From Octopus vulgaris (lineage: Eukaryota): 64,000 bases of DNA. Positions 43,331 to 57,200 of the stretch are shown one piece after another. Under the pieces are notes generated by a model. It was not told where the DNA came from. It saw only the letters and a list, made by a program, of their open reading frames with translations, and searched no databases. Where the stretch lies: contig OX597828.1 in the NCBI GenBank assembly GCA_951406725.2, forward strand, positions 11,842,001 to 11,906,000, in the 5' to 3' direction. The translations under genes and the position numbers were made by a program. Each line of letters starts with the position of its first letter. The stretch's first letter is position 1.

Positions 43331-44051
43331 TTATAAATGCTCGGTGACCAATCATCGGAGATTAATAGCTTCTCATCCCTCTTTATGACCACGAAGAGAT
43401 TACATAGCAATAACTATTTAAATCAAACTAAAGTTAGAACTTAGAACTCAGCTTTAATGATACAATATATTTACATCCCACACGTTAGGCGGTTCATGTT
43501 TAAGAAACAGACAATTATATATATATATACACTAGATTTTAAAGTTCAGTTGTGAAATTTCAAGATGTAGATAAACCGCATTAGTTTTTTCACACATAGA
43601 AATGTCTCCTTCATTATTTTGTGTCCAAAAAAATAAAAGTTTGTACTTACATCTGTTAATTTTCCACAGCGAAGACTTTAAAACATGAATCTTATTAATC
43701 ATAAATATATTTTAAATATATTTTAAGATCCTATTACACGCTCAATTGTAGATAAATATCTATTAATCAAAGCCGCAGGGTTGGCAAAATTGTTAGAGCT
43801 TCAGTGAAAAATTCTTCTGTATTTTTTTAGGTTTCTTACGTTTTTATGTTCAAATGCCTGCAAAATCAACTTTGCCTTTCGTCTTTATTATTGTTAGCAG
43901 TTAACCTCCATGTGTTACTGGTTATAATGTTTGCCAGCACTGTAGCGGCACATCTAAACGTGTGAATTAATACGCACGTTAATGCGTAAGTATCGGGCAG
44001 GAGCATACCTAGAATAATGGCCATAGTTACTTACAGAGATATCTGGGATAA

Positions 44052-44470
44052 AGGCAGCGAGCTGGCAGAAACGTGAGCACGCCGGGCGAAAGGCTTAGCG
44101 GTATTTCGTCTGCCGCTACGTTCTGAGTTCAAATTCTGCCGAGGTCGACTTTGCCTTTCATCATATCGGAGTCGATTAAATAAGTACTACTTACACACTG
44201 GGGTCGATATAATCTACTTAATCCGTTTGTCTGTCCTTGTTTGTCTCCTCTGTGTGTAGCCCCATGTGGGTAGTAAAGAAATAGGTATTTTGTCTGCCGC
44301 TACGTTCTGAGTTCAAATTCCGCCGCGGTTGACTTTGCCTTTCATCATTTTGGAGTCGATTAAATAAGTAGCAGTTACGCACTGGGGTCGATATAATCGA
44401 CTTAATCCGTTTGTCTGTCCTTTTTTGTTCCCTCTGTGTGTAGCCACTTGCGGGCAATAAAGAAATAAGA
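44052..44470 (+). mobile_element. Dimeric SINE family A with TSD-like flanks
   Basis: Two core units. agatatctggga occurs before (44037-44048) and after (~44479-44490) the element. Confidence 0.88.
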
Positions 44471-45491
44471 AATAACATAGATATCTGGGAAACAAATATA
44501 TCAAGAGTAGCCGGCGAAAACCTGGTTGATATTCGAAGTGCCTGGGGCTTTCAGAAACGGAAGCTGAAGTGGGATGCTTTGCCTCCAAACTTCATTGATC
44601 GAACGTTCCAATCGAGACAACAGTCGGATTATATATACAAATATATATTCTAATCGGAAGAAATATACTTAATATCTTTCGACATATGCTTAAAGCTTGA
44701 AACATTTCATTTACCCGCTCTCTTCGGCTTGTTGCATGTAAAGCTGTACACATAGATACTGTTGTTGGAACTTAATGGTTCCTCCTTGCACTAACATGTA
44801 ACCTTACACATATCTACGCACATACAGTCCAAAGTGAAGTGTTGCGGTTGATATAACCAACTAAACCACTTCTCCACAAAATGGCTGGCCTTCTGCTTCG
44901 ATCAGAAACCGTAGACAGTACATATAACTTCTGGGGGATAGTGTTCCTTAGTAGTCTATTGGCAACTAAAATGTGATATATATATTAGCTGGATACATAC
45001 TCTGACTGAATGATATTAGATTGGTTATAATTGAAATACCTCTTCTGAATAATTGTCTACGAATTTTAATTTTAGTTTCGGTTAGTCATTTTATATAACT
45101 GATTCCCAAAGCTGCTTTAAAAATATTAAACTGTTAAACTGAGAGCAATCGTATTCAGGCAACATAACATTACACTTATCCTTATAAGTAGCGAGAAGTG
45201 ACACTTAAGGTAAACGCTGGTCATTATATAAAATTGTCTGTTAAACACTTCGAGGAAGACTCTCTCAAAAAAAAAAAAAAAAAGAACGAAAGAGAAACAC
45301 AATACAATTATAATTGTTTAATAGATAATATAGAAGTTAAGTGAAGGGTTCCTGCAGTTTCGACTACGTTGATATGAATACTGCAAGTTCATGATTCTGA
45401 AATGTGAACTTAGCTGCAACTTTCTGGATTGTTTTTTTTTTTTTGAGAATACTTTTTAACTTGTGCAAACTAAATACTTATATTCGTAGAA

Positions 45492-45790
45492 GTACATAGT
45501 CTAGTGATTAGAGCAGCGGACTTGCAGTCGAGACAACGCGGGTTCGAACCTCAGACCAGGTAATATGCGTGTTTATGAGCGAAACGGCTAAGCTTCACAC
45601 GGCTCCGGCAGAAGGTAATGACGAACTTCTGTTTACACTTTCGCCACAATTTTCTCTTACTTTTTCCTCCAGTATCTAGCAGCTCACCTCGGACGGAAAG
45701 GCGTCCCGTCCAGGTGGAGAACCTATACGCCAATGAAACCAGGAAACCGGCTCTTATGAGTCGGGCATGGCTCGAGAAGGAACAAACAAC
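45492..45790 (+). mobile_element. Chimeric SINE: family C head with family D tail
   Basis: C-type gcagcggact..gctccggcag..ccacaattttctct followed by D-type ggcgtcccgtccagg..gccaatgaaaccaggaaaccggc. Confidence 0.75.
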
Positions 45791-46069
45791 AATACTTATA
45801 TGCATGTCTTGTTTACAGAAGATGTGAGTTCGAGTCCCGTGGGCAGCCTTCCAAGATTTGTTCAATGCATACTGACACGGGATTAGTTGTAGCTTTCCAG
45901 CTTCGAGATCCGACGTTCTTAAAAATAATTCTTTCATATTGACTGTAACCATAACTCGAATTATTAATTGAATTTAAATTATTGTTATTCGAATTGGTAC
46001 AGCCATGAAACGATCGTAGTGTTATACTCTTTATCTTTGATTAAACTTTTAATACTTTTGATATTTATA

Positions 46070-46183
46070 TATTTAAAAAATAAATAAATAAATAAATAAA
46101 ATAATAATTAAAATAAAAAAATAAATAAATAGATAAATTAATTAATAAATAAAATAATTTATAAATATAAAAATATACATACA

Positions 46184-46236
<53 letters not shown>

Positions 46237-46460
46237 ATGTATATATATTTAAAATTTATAAGTTTAAATTATTTAAATAATTTTTTCATTTTTAACTTAT
46301 ATATTTTTAAATTAATATTATGTATTGGCTTATGTTTTTCACTGATTGATTTGCCTAATAGTGGTTTTATCTCTAATTTAATTTAATATAATATATTTTT
46401 ACTATAAAATTGGATTTAATCCTAAATCTAATTTTTCCCTGTAAGTTTGGATTTATTCCC

Positions 46461-46518
<58 letters not shown>

Positions 46519-46764
46519 TAATCCAAACATGAAAACACATGTGTGTGTGTGTGCATGTGTGTATGTGCGCATATATATACATATATATATATATACATAC
46601 ATATATATACATATATATATATATATGCATTTATATATTTATATATACATATACATATATATGTATATAGATATGTGTATATATATACATACATATATAT
46701 ACATATGCATATATATATATATACATATATATATATATGTATATAGATATGTGTATATATATAC

Positions 46765-46838
<74 letters not shown>

Positions 46839-46860
46839 GTATATACATTTATATATGAGT
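46070..46860. repeat. AT-rich and (TA)n/(CATA)n microsatellite block
   Basis: Directly visible. Confidence 0.9.
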
Positions 46861-47699
46861 TTGATACTTATTCTATCTGTCATGTTTACCGAACCGCGAA
46901 GTTACAGTTATGTAAACAAACCAACACCGGTTGTCAGTGGCAGGATGACAAATACCTGTTTTAACAGAGTTTCTGTCTACCAAATTCAAGTCTACTCATA
47001 AGGCTCTAGTCGATTCGGGGCTATTGAAAAAGAAACTCGCTCCACGTCCCGCGCGATGGGACTGAAGATATATAATACATATAATTCTCATATTAATATA
47101 TTTGCTTAGAAAAAAATTTTTAAATGCCAATTAATCAAATTTAAACGAGATAGAAATCCAAAGTATTATAACATGATGGATACTTTCTTCATGAATGGAA
47201 GTAAAATATATCTCCTTTTATGGTAGAGAGACATGTATATGCGTTGATACACAGTTACTTGCACATATGCATACAAATGTGTGTGTATGTGTGTGTATTC
47301 GTACATATATATGTGCACGCTTGTGGATATTCCTGGATGTATTTGATACGGTAAAATATAAACGACGCTTATACTTCAAATACATACATATTATGTTACG
47401 ACTTGAAAGATTTTCAATACGACGAAGTAGAGAGTAAATATTTTCTTTATAACAAAAAGTATGAGATCTCGGACGCGTTTGATTTCATCTTAAAAGGAAT
47501 CACCAGCAGGGATTCTTTAAACATGTGTAGGACCACAGCATTATAAGGAGTTCTACAATTTATAAAATTCAAAATTTATCAAACTCTAAAGAGATCGAAT
47601 TTCTTGAATATGCTATTATATGTAGTCAATGTGTGTAGCGTTCTCATTATGAAAAAAAGAAATACTTTAGTGACAGAGGTTTTATTATGTATCACTCTA

Positions 47700-48700
47700 G
47701 AATAATATATTTGCATTGGTGGTGGTAACTATAGGTGGCTAATGGAGGGACCAGATGAACTGGAATATTGGTTTACAAGATATCATGTTGTTATTTGAAG
47801 GAGAACGCTGCAATGAGTTTCGTGGAGGGATCCCGCTATAGATGCTTTGTTTTAAAAACTTGATGACCCTTCAGATATGACTATGATACAGTATGTGACG
47901 TTCGTAGACATCCAAATGAGGTTTAAGGAGATATGTAACTGGGTTCAGGAGGCGGTGGTTGTTGAGGCGAGCTGGCAGAAACGTTAGCATGCCGGGCGAA
48001 ATGCTAAGCGGTATTTCGTCTGCCGCTACGTTCTGTGTGTACATTCCGCCGAGGTCGACTTTGCCTTTCATCCTTTCGGGGTCGAGCAAATAAGTACCAG
48101 TTACGCACTGGGGTCGATATAATCGACTTAATCCGTTTGTCTGTCTTTGTTTGTCCTCTCTGTGTTTAGCCCCTTGTGGGTAGTAAAGAAATAGGTTGTT
48201 GCGGCGGGTGCAGAGAGAACGTGCGCACTTGAAAGTATCTGGTTGGTGGAGACTAAAGGCGAGGATATCACTAAAACATTTATGGCGATAGTATAGGTGA
48301 TACTTGGAAAATCGGGATGGTTATGGTGGTTAAGAGTAGAACGTGAAAGTTACCAAGAAGCAACTTAACTGGACAGAAGAGAAAATAGAATTAGATCAGG
48401 TCGTGTAGATTGTAAGAATGTGGTGTTGTGATTAATGGAGAGGGCACGGTGGGATCGGTTTCTTCAACAGATCGAGAACACCCTCGTTTGAAGAACGGCT
48501 GCATTTCTTTAAATGTAAAATTCAAGTAGGAATCGATGCTCCAGTATGGATGAAGTCAGGGGAATAGTTAAAATTAGTATGTCTGGTCTGAGAGGAGGAT
48601 TAAGAGAATTATTACTGGGAGCCAATCAGCTTGTAGTGGATAGTGTGCAGTCGAATATTGCCAATAATAAAGAAAATCAACTGTTTCCATAGAAAGCGAT
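47700..48700 (-). pseudogene. Decayed Penelope-like element (RT thumb, linker, GIY-YIG), split by a SINE A at 47966-48195
   Basis: Minus-strand remnants TIHYK..S..SSSQTRHT (cf. T..Y.KPT.S..YL...SSHP.H), KEMQPFFKRG (cf. EM..FF..RGYP), PDTFKCARSLCT (cf. PGTF.C.R.RC.TC), STNVTYCI and IYSG. Confidence 0.7.
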
Positions 48701-48899
48701 CTATGTATCACACTTATTACACTTATTGTATAAACATTATCACCCAGTCCTTAAAACAGTTACTGTGTCATTTGTTCTGAGAAAATATTTTCTGTACTTG
48801 CAGTGTTAAAAATACGATATAGGAGGGAAACGAAATTTCACAGCAGTGGCCACCGAGAATGCCTGAAGCATTTCGGTTTTTGGGCCTTTTCAATGGCCT

Positions 48900-50850
48900 G
48901 CGCTTGAAACCATTCACACATTCGAACGGAAAGCCGTCGCTTCTAATATAGAGCGTAATGGTTAATGCGCCAGTAGCCACGTCCCTTGACAGCTTGAGTG
49001 TTGTAAGAATCTGACAATACTTCAGATGCTATACGTCCAATCATGATGTACGTTTAATCCATAACGAGGTTCCTTCGAGGAGAAGAAATGTTCCTTAATA
49101 AAACGGGCCTCACAAACAGCAAACACATCTGTTTATCTAGGAATCTCTGTAGATGGTGCAGTTTCATATATATATGGGCATAACCATCTTCAGTATGTCA
49201 TACCTTCTACATGGAAGCTTTTGGCACTAGATGGGCCAGGTAATCAGTGAAACACACTTCCTCTTCAAGAAATGAAATAGTATATTCTCCAGTCTGATGA
49301 GGTCAGTTCGAAATTGAGAGAAGGTGCAATGGACAAGCAGCAATGATATATTACCAGTTCGCCGATTCTACCCCGTCATTCAGTAATAGCTTCCTATCAG
49401 TCCATTTGTGTACGAGACTAGCTTTGTACCACAACACTCCTACCTGCTCCTGTCGAACGGTTTTCGTACTAACAAGTCTAAGAGCACACCATGCCACGTG
49501 CCTTAGGTCTTACATTGCAATCTCCCTGTTTCGCGTTGTTGAACAAATGGATTGGCACTATTTTTGTTACCAGATCATCGGGCTCGACAATTTTTCTAAT
49601 CGCCTCTTCTAATCTAATGACCTTCTCTAATCTATTATTTTTTATTGCTTCTCGCTCTACATTATTTTCTTCTACTCTAATAGTTTGCTACAGAAAACCC
49701 AACTACTGGTTACTAACGCTTGCTCGTCAACGCCCGATCATCTAGCTCGTTGATTTGGTGTCTAAGGATTTCCAGCGCCATTAAAAAAAACCATTCGGTT
49801 CCCATCAACCGAAACCATATTTATACATTTTATTTAGATTGCCTATGTATATCTTAGTTGACATGCAATCAACAAACATATGTTTATCCAATCGCTGACA
49901 AGTTAACCTTCTCCCTAAACATAATACGGATGATCCAGTGCCGTTTATTCTTGTCGACATTGGCACGGTCGGCAAATCCACACGGAATTTGTATGACGAT
50001 TGGAAATGCTTGAAAATTTAAGGCTTCGCACAGTCCCATCATGCACCAAAAATGCCATCTCTGTATTCCACTGGCACTAATGATCTGGCACTAAGGATTC
50101 TGGGCGCTCAAAGTAACCCATCTACTTTAACCTAGCCTAGTTCAGCATAAACTGTCTCTGAAAGCAGCACCTTCTCTTCAATCCGGTTCTACAAAACCGT
50201 GCGTAGTATAGTATCATTCAAGATATGTGAGTGAATGTAGGCAGAAATTCTTGATCTATCTAATGACTACCTTATCTAAATTCAGTAACCTGAGTCCGTT
50301 AATAGAACGACCTTGCCTCCAAACCGATTGCAGGCTCTGTGCATTTACATATTCAACACTGATTACAGTCAAGTCGAGTTAAGAAATATATGAAGGAGGG
50401 TACTTATCTGTTTCTAGAAAAACAGGTAATAAGGTCTTCCTGTCTGGGGAGGGATCCATTGAGATGCCAGCCAAAAGGTTCTCTACGGCCCTATGTTGGA
50501 AAACTTCGACGTCGCCCAACGATTTTCTTCTCTGTTTCATATAGACGCCCGATGACATTTTCATCAGAAGTTTGCTTGTCAGCGATATGACGATAATTTT
50601 CACAAACCCTTCCCTTTTATTTCTTAAAAATGTTCATTGCATTCTGTTACTTCACAAACTCATTTTTGATTTTATTTGCAACAAAGAAGTCGATGAGGGG
50701 CGCTTTTTGTGAGTTGGAATTTTTATATTGTTACTTTCGTTACTGTCGTTCATGCTACTGCTGTTATTTTGGTTTTATTGGTTATTTTGGGCTGTTTCTT
50801 AATGTATTTCTGTGGGAGATTCCTGCTGTTCGTTTAGTTATTCGTTTGTG
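48900..50850 (-). pseudogene. Decayed Tx1/L1-like LINE remnant
   Basis: Minus-strand YVNAQSLQSVWRQGRSINGL resembles an APE endonuclease N-terminus (NVRGL). The sequence is heavily degraded and the extent is approximate. Confidence 0.4.
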
Positions 50851-51015
50851 ATTTTAGTTCTTGTTGATTTGGTAGGCGTCGTATTGACGGTAGATGGAGG
50901 ATTGACGAGTTATTCGCAGGAAGCTTAAACCTTTTTGTCATCAGAGTTGCGCAGCTGTCGTTCTTCTGTGTGTGGTGTGTTTGTGTGTGCGTGTTTGTGT
51001 GTGTATGTGTGTGTG

Positions 51016-51060
<45 letters not shown>

Positions 51061-51403
51061 CTTTTATTTTCATCACCCCGCCACATATTTCCACAGTCCT
51101 CCTCATGCACTCATCATTTCACGAATTACTAAAGAGAAACAAATCGGAGGTTAGGATTAACAGTGTCATAACAGTGTAATTGTCTGAGTCTATCGCATTT
51201 GCGTCTGAATGACTTGGGTTTTTTTTCTTTTTAGATTTCGATTGTTCTTGTTATGTGTCCCCATTTAGGTGAGGAGTGTGCACCTCCGAAGTTGGTAGAG
51301 ACGTTAATGTGACCGGGCTCTCAGATAGTTTGTGCTAAAATATTCGTAGCACATGATTATATATCCTTAATTCACAAATCCAGTTGGGTGTCATATATAT
51401 ATA

Positions 51404-51604
51404 CGAGGGAGTACTGAAAAGTTTTTGGCTTTAACGGTATCGCGAAAGGCCAGGCTGGGGGCCCAAAACTTTCGTGTTCTTTTACAAGGCTTAGAAAACC
51501 TGAAGGACGATTGCAATAAGGGGAATTTATTAAATGAAATCACAATTAAGTGATCCGCCTGTATTTTCTGTACCCAAAGCCTGGAACTTTTCAGCACACT
51601 CTCG
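51404..51604. mobile_element. mariner-type MITE
   Basis: TA|cgagggagtactgaaaagtt ... aacttttcagcacactctcg|TA. The internal GLENLKDDCNKG resembles a mariner transposase C-terminal remnant. Confidence 0.8.
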
Positions 51605-52005
51605 TAGTTTGCCTTCGAGATCTCGTTTAGGTTTCCAAGTGTTGGCTCGATCAAACTATTAAGCCCGTTCCACATCAGTTTTCTCATAGCGACCCCTTAT
51701 GCACAAGATTATGTCATCTCCCTATAGGTCGAGGCATACTACTAGCTGCCAGATATTCAATTTGTGTATAAATTATATTTTGATATTATGGGCGCATCAA
51801 GCGAATCGACCGGAGAGCTTATTCTTTTAAGCCTGACCTTTATTTGATCCGGCTTTATTGCCGAATCGCTAAGTAAACAAATGAACACTGGTTGTTAAGC
51901 GGTGATTGGGATAAACCACACACACTCTCACGCGGGCGCGGCCGCGCGCACACACACACACACATATATGTTTATATATATATATGTATACATATATATA
52001 TGTAT

Positions 52006-52310
52006 ATCACCGTGATCACCGTGACCGACCAGGCTATCAGATGTTGCTACACATCGCTGGTCACAATGCGCTTCGCATTGTTTTAGCCTTCAAATGACGC
52101 CACTCCGCTGGCTAAGCGAGCAGGCCAGAAGAAAGAGTGAGAGAAAGTTGTGGCGAAAGAGTACAGCAGGGATCACCACCACCCCCTGCCGGAGATCCGT
52201 GGAGCTTCAGGTGTTCTCGCTCAATAAACACACACAACGCCCGTCTGGGTATCGAAACTGCGATCTCCTGACCGCGAGTCCACTGCCCAAACCACTGGGC
52301 CATTGCGCCT

Positions 52311-52312
<2 letters not shown>
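52006..52312 (-). mobile_element. SINE: family C head with a third tail type
   Basis: C head up to ctttctctcactctttcttc, then an unrelated tail ending (cacggtgat)2. Confidence 0.8.
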
Positions 52313-52392
<80 letters not shown>

Positions 52393-52725
52393 AGGTTATG
52401 AGAGGTAATGGTGTCAAGAAGACCCAAAGGTTTCACGTAATGCCGAGTAAGAGCTAATAACAGACTATAGTTAAGCTCCAGGTTCGGTGATTATGCGAAT
52501 GAGGAGTTCAACGTAGGTCATATATTAGGATGGAATGGCCATTTTTAAATACTATTGGAACTTACACACAAGGCACAGGAAACTTATATGTATACCATTC
52601 TGCTTAAACAATGGAAATACAGATAGAATATCTCTGCATATCTCACGTCTGTTTTCATTCCCCCACTTCACTCTCTATTTCATATCTTCTTTAGAATGAC
52701 TAGTGCTTAATCTTTCTCTCGCACC

Positions 52726-52773
52726 GTCTCCGATGAAAGGATATATAAAATATCCCCGAAACAGCTGTAGGAC
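52726..52773 (+). ncRNA. Minimal hammerhead ribozyme motif (third family)
   Basis: gtct-CCGATGA-aa-ggatat(ataaa)atatcc-cc-GAAA-cagctg-TA-ggac: stem I gtct/ggac, stem II, palindromic stem III acagctgt. The core carries a U4C change. Confidence 0.6.
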
Positions 52774-53264
52774 TTTCTCTTTATAAATGTTCTGAAATCT
52801 TTCACAGACTTGGATTTTTATCTCATTCTGTTAATTTGATATGTGTGTGTGTGTGTGTGTGTGTAGGACAAGATTCTTTTAATTTTTGCCTAGCTAATCC
52901 ATTTACATGTCCAGGGCTATAGTAAACGGCACCTGCCAACCTGCCCAATGTGACACACAGTGGAACTTCGCCCGGAACCATGTGGTTGGGCAGCAAACTT
53001 CTTATCACTCACATCCACACTTAGGATGCTTTTATGAGTATAAAAACAGTGTAGGTTATCTAAAGAAAGCAGTAACTACAAGTGAAGAATCAGGACAAAA
53101 AACTGGTCTCGTGAAATTTACTTCGAAGTCATTCTCAATAAAATTACTATATGTGAATGCATGCGTATGATTAAATGTAGGTAAATATATGTTTATGTGT
53201 ATGTATGTGTGTATGTATCTATGGATGGATGGATGGATGGGGGGATGTATACTCTCTCTTCTAC

Positions 53265-53507
53265 TATTTTATTTGCTTCAGTCATTTGACTGCGGCCATG
53301 CCGGAGCACCGCATTTAGTCGAAGAAATCGACCGCATGGCTTATTCTTTGTAAGCTTAGTACATAGTCTATCGTATTCTTTTGCCGAACCGCTAAGTTAC
53401 GGGGGCGTAAACACAACAGCATCGGTTGTCAAGCGATGTTGGAGGACAACCACAGACGCTCAAACACATACACACACATACATATATATATGTGTATGTG
53501 TGTGTGA

Positions 53508-53538
<31 letters not shown>

Positions 53539-53660
53539 CAGAAATACGACGGACTTCTTTCAGTGTCCGTCTACCAAAAGCACTCTATTACAAAGGTGCC
53601 ACGCAGTGGGACTGAACCTGGAACTACGTGGTTGATAAGGAAGCTACTTACCACACAGCC
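53265..53660 (-). mobile_element. SINE family B with an internal deletion
   Basis: Consensus match lacking the ggtcggcccgagg segment. Confidence 0.8.
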
Positions 53661-53667
53661 AATATCA

Positions 53668-53737
<70 letters not shown>

Positions 53738-53889
53738 TATATATATATACATATATATGTATGTATATATATATACACATACATACATATCAATATATAT
53801 ATGTGTACATATATATATATATCAATATATATATTATGTATATATATACATACACACATATGTATATACATACATATATATACATATAT

Positions 53890-53928
<39 letters not shown>

Positions 53929-53946
53929 TATATAGATATATATACA

Positions 53947-53977
<31 letters not shown>

Positions 53978-54432
53978 GTGTGTGTGTGCGTGTGCGTGTG
54001 CGTGTGTGTATGCGTGTGTGTGTGTGTGTGTATGTGTGTGTGTGTTGCATCTGCCCATTACGTTAAGTAGAAGTCGATTCTATGTCCTTCCTTTATCCAA
54101 TAACGTTTATGGTGGACGTAAGACATTGCGAATGAGTGAAATTTTGTTTCTAAGATTTATCTCTCATAAACATAACAGCCGGAGTAAATTCACTCTAAAC
54201 TCTTGTCTGCTTTGCCTTATCAGCGAAGCAGACTAGATTTTAGTCACTCGCTTTGTTCGTGAATCTAATTAATACAGATGCTTCTATTGTAATGATTCTC
54301 CAGAAACTCATAAACGAGTGCTAGGTTTATGTTCTCTGATTCGATTAGATATTCTTCTCTCTATTTTTCTACTCGTGTGAATGTGTACGGGCCTGATTTG
54401 CGTGCGTATGTGTATGAGTTTGTGTTTGTGTT

Positions 54433-54486
<54 letters not shown>

Positions 54487-54637
54487 GAGCCTTTCCAGAA
54501 GTTATAGTACTATCTTGTTTCTGATTTTGGCTATCTCACCATCCACTCCATTGGTTATATTGATATTTGCATCGAGATATCTTGCTATTTCCTTTTAAAG
54601 TATCTCTTTATCTGCATTTGTGTTTGAGTGTGTGATA

Positions 54638-54714
<77 letters not shown>

Positions 54715-54718
<4 letters not shown>

Positions 54719-55910
54719 CAGAGATACCCGGCGTTGCGCGGTTACATTCAATTGAAGAATTATACTTTTCTGTTATATTTTCTCTAATGAACTGGAAAAA
54801 TCTATGTTTCGAATTTCATCAAAATTGCAGATGAGGGTTATTTCCCTCTTTACACACCCTAAAAAAATTGTAATCGTGCCACATATATCCCGTACAACTG
54901 ATTTTTATGCGCATATTCCAAAATTCCAGTCTTATTGAACCTGTTAAAAAGATTTTGCTCCTGAAAAATGAAGGTTACGGGGCTCTAAAATGTGAGAGTT
55001 AAGGCCTCTGTTGGTGGTGGGCATCTTAATGTCAACCAGAGAAGTTGAATTGTTGAGAATCTTTTTAACTTGGGTCTTATATCTATTGTTTGAATGTCTT
55101 TGAAATAGGAAATATATGTTCACTGGGTTGTAAAACTCTCAATGTAGGATTCCTCACCATCCAGGTGACAGGCACAGCCGTAAGATGCATTACGAATCTA
55201 TAGCAATTGGAAGGGCGTGACCCAACTAAAATCAACTGCGTGACGTGAGGGCTAAGGAGAAATTAAGGTGTCACCTCTGGAGTTTGGAAATGACCACTAT
55301 ACTGATACGTAACTGGACAGAATAAATTTACAATCTATAAATGTCTTTGAATAACCAGTCACTCATCTGGGAAGGCCTTGAAATCAATGTTACAATGTGG
55401 AGACTATGTGTGACCCAGTGATAATAAAAAGACTGAAAGTAGGTCTGCAATCAAATAACTTTACTCAACACTTTGAAACTGAATGAGGGGAGGCAATGAT
55501 GCCTCTCATTTACTTGACAATTTATGCAGCACATAGCAGAAATCACAATGTAAGTGTATGTCAAAGCAAACTGTTACACTCTTGTACCATTGAATTAGAA
55601 ATAATGCTCAACGTTTATGCCCAACGTTTATGCTCAACTTTTATGCACAACTGTATTCGTTTTTGCTTAGATAAAATGACAAAATTGTGGGTGTTAAGTA
55701 CCTATGGCGGGGTCTTTCTAATTTGTAAGAAGATGAAATGTTATAAATATTACTTCATTTGTGTCTAATATCTATGGTTAAAATTTCATCAACAGCAAAA
55801 ATATATGAATTGTCATGGGGGATACGGCCCTTATGCATAGAATATAATTTCCAAATTTCATAAAGATCCATTCAGTACTTTTGACCTAGTTTTGGATCAT
55901 AACAGAAATG
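54715..55910 (-). mobile_element. Non-autonomous Helitron-like element
   Basis: 3' end ccgcgcaacgccgg hairpin followed by gtatctctgcta, with internal aaatttcatca(a) repeats typical of Helitron-N elements. The 5' end is unclear. Confidence 0.55.
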
Positions 55911-55944
55911 ACTAAAATTTGGGAGTTCAGGCTCCCATTAGGAA

Positions 55945-56108
55945 TTTTTTTCTCTCCTTGTTTCTTTTCTGTGTATCTTTCTGTCGAAGAGCGTAGGCTC
56001 GAAACGTAAAAGACTTGTTTTATTTCTATTCCTGAGCGCCATACTAATACATTGCTTGTTTGTACTCCACCTGCCTTCGTCTTTTGTTTATTTTCGTAAA
56101 CCTGCCCG
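55945..56108 (+). mobile_element. Small Penelope-like element with a hammerhead-like motif, ending at (TA)n
   Basis: Motif at 55976-56013: tcttt-CTGTCGA-a-gagc(gtag)gctc-GAAA-cg-TA-aaaga. Confidence 0.68.
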
Positions 56109-56192
<84 letters not shown>

Positions 56193-56201
56193 GGGAGAGA
56201 G

Positions 56202-56238
<37 letters not shown>

Positions 56239-56468
56239 TAGATATAGATATAGATATATACGCACACACACATACAAAGATAAATTGATAGATACAACTG
56301 AGTTGGCAAACAAAAATATGAGACACAGCCTAGTACTTTTTTTTATGTCGATAAGCCTGGTACTTATTCTGTTAGTTTGTTCTTGTGAAACCAGTAAGTT
56401 AGGTGGATGTAAATAAATGAACAGCAGTTGTGAAAATCTGCTGAGGTAAACTTTACTTTTCATTTTTA

Positions 56469-57030
56469 AGGCGGTGAGCTGGCAGAAACGTTAGCACGCC
56501 GGACGAAATGCGTAACTGTATTTCGTCTGCCGTTGCGTTCTGAGTTCAAATTCCGCCGAGGTCGACTTTGCCTTTCATCCTTTCGGGGTCAATAAATTAA
56601 GTACCAGTTACGCGCTGGGGTCGATGTAATCGACTTAATCCGTTTGTCTGTGCTTGTTTGTCCCTTCTATGTTTAGCCCCCGGTGGGTAATAAAGAAACA
56701 AGTATTTTCCCCACTAGACGAAATGATTAGCGGCATTTCGTCCGTCCTTACGTTCTGAGTTCAAATCCCGCCGAAGTCAGCTTTACATTTCATCCTTTCG
56801 GGTTCGGAAATTCTGGGGTCAATGTAATCACCTAGTTCCCCCCGCCCCAAAACGTCAGGCCTTGTGCCTATAATAGAAAGGACTATTGTTGTTGTTGTTG
56901 TTGTTAAGATTCAGCTGAGGTCAACTTTGCCTTTCATTCTTTCTGGGTCGATGAAGTAAGTACCAGTTGAGTACTGGAGTCGATATTCCCGTAACACCCA
57001 CCCCCAAATTCAGGCCTTATGATGGCAGGA

Positions 57031-57115
<85 letters not shown>

Positions 57116-57124
57116 CTATTACTA

Positions 57125-57155
<31 letters not shown>

Positions 57156-57200
57156 TATTATTACTATTACTATTATTATTATTATCATCATTATTATTAT
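56469..57200 (+). mobile_element. SINE family A chain ending in a long (ATT)n tail
   Basis: Three core units followed by ~170 nt of (ATT/ATC)n. Confidence 0.85.
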
